Source of the DNA: a virus
Taxonomy: Duplodnaviria; Caudoviricetes
Virus record (IMG/VR): IMGVR_UViG_3300046453_000060
Coordinates: 2,207-66,206 of that record
DNA length: 64,000 bases
Direction: 5' to 3' (one strand)
Shown: piece after piece, positions 63,165 through 64,000 of the stretch
Layout of the letters: every line of letters starts with the position of its first letter
Position numbering within the stretch: position 1 is the stretch's first letter
Notes under the pieces: model-generated
Database searches by the model: none
Seen by the model: the letters and a program-made list of their open reading frames with translations, nothing else
Told to the model about the DNA's origin: nothing
Made by a program: the position numbers and the translations under genes

Positions 63165-64000
63165 TCACGCCACCAACAACCAGTTCTCCCGCAACGCCTT
63201 CTCGAACTCGTACGCCGGCAGCGGCTTTCCGTACAGGTAGCCCTGCACCTCATCACAGCCCGCCTGCCGCAAAAACTCCATCTGCTCGATCGTCTCCACC
63301 CCCTCGGCGATGACCCGATGCCCCAGCTTGCGCCCCATGCTGATGATGGTGCTGGCGATCGCGCAGTCGCTCGTATCCGCAGGAATCCCGGTCGTGAACG
63401 AGCGGTCGATCTTCAAGGTATCGATCGGGAACCTCTTCAGGTACGAAAGCGACGAATACCCGGTCCCGAAATCATCCAGCGACAAGGCCACGCCCAGGGC
63501 ACTGATGCGGTCCATGATGCCGATGACATAGTCGATATCGTGCATCAGCGTGCTCTCCGTAATCTCCAGCTCCAGCCAGGAGGCGTCAATCCGGTAGCGC
63601 TTCAACGTGTCGGCCACCCGCCCCGGCAGCGAGGACGTGAACTCGCGCGCGGACACGTTCACGGCCAGCCGGAACGGCGGCAGGCCGGCGCGCTGCCAGA
63701 TCGCGGCCTGGGCGCAGGCCTGTTCCAGCACCCACTCCCCTACCTGCACGATCAGGCCGGTGGTCTCGGCCAGCGGAATGAATTCGGAAGGCGGCACCAT
63801 GCCGCGCTGCGGGTGCATCCAGCGCACCAGGGCTTCGGCGCCGACCAGGCGCGCGCTGCCGATCTCGAACTTGGGCTGGTAGTGCAGCAGCAGTTCGCCG
63901 TGGCCGAGCGCGTGGCGCAGGCCGGATTCGATCTGCATGCGCTGCTGCATGCCCTCGTTCATGTCGAGGCGGTAGAAGGCCACGCCGTGGTCGGGGTTCT
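63165..64000 (-). CDS. Host EAL-domain c-di-GMP phosphodiesterase (5' part outside the window)
   Basis: YQPK, EALVRW, ELEITES, DDFGTGYSSLSYL, LKIDRSF, AEGVET, QGY. Confidence 0.95.
   Translation of the reverse strand, partial: NPDHGVAFYRLDMNEGMQQRMQIESGLRHALGHGELLLHYQPKFEIGSARLVGAEALVRWMHPQRGMVPPSEFIPLAETTGLIVQVGEWVLEQACAQAAIWQRAGLPPFRLAVNVSAREFTSSLPGRVADTLKRYRIDASWLELEITESTLMHDIDYVIGIMDRISALGVALSLDDFGTGYSSLSYLKRFPIDTLKIDRSFTTGIPADTSDCAIASTIISMGRKLGHRVIAEGVETIEQMEFLRQAGCDEVQGYLYGKPLPAYEFEKALRENWLLVA

Noticed and set aside
63043-63240. 65-aa ORF MRFELTNG...
   Set aside because: Antisense translation of the tRNA gene

Overview
Almost the whole window (1 to about 63030) is a lambdoid, HK97-head siphovirus prophage of a high-GC betaproteobacterium, probably Oxalobacteraceae/Massilia-like (inferred from gene content). 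It is integrated next to tRNA-Ser(TGA) at 63032-63121. The second att copy is not visible, so the left prophage end probably lies outside the window. From left to right: a Tae2-like amidase/immunity pair, a metallophosphoesterase, the lysis cassette, a short tail-tip module, tape measure, two morons, tail and head genes with a five-gene insert, terminase/cos/HNH, and a Q-like regulator. Next come the nin-like and replication region (RusA, HD proteins, two methylases, Ref, DnaC-like, O-like), the cro/cI switch with OR/OL operators, and the early-left operon (RdgC, mosaic Ea-like proteins), ending in Xis and Int. A host EAL-domain gene follows the tRNA. Three observations stand out. (1) The early-left proteins are built from in-frame modules bounded by short direct repeats, and two different genes carry the same 21-bp inverted-repeat frame enclosing different cargo. 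(2) The CI has no protease domain; a LexA-box-controlled small antisense gene overlaps its 3' end and a separate, apparently inactive S24 domain gene lies nearby. (3) The prophage appears to carry an orphan T6SS-type amidase effector/immunity pair. All family calls are from motif recognition by eye; no database search was run.
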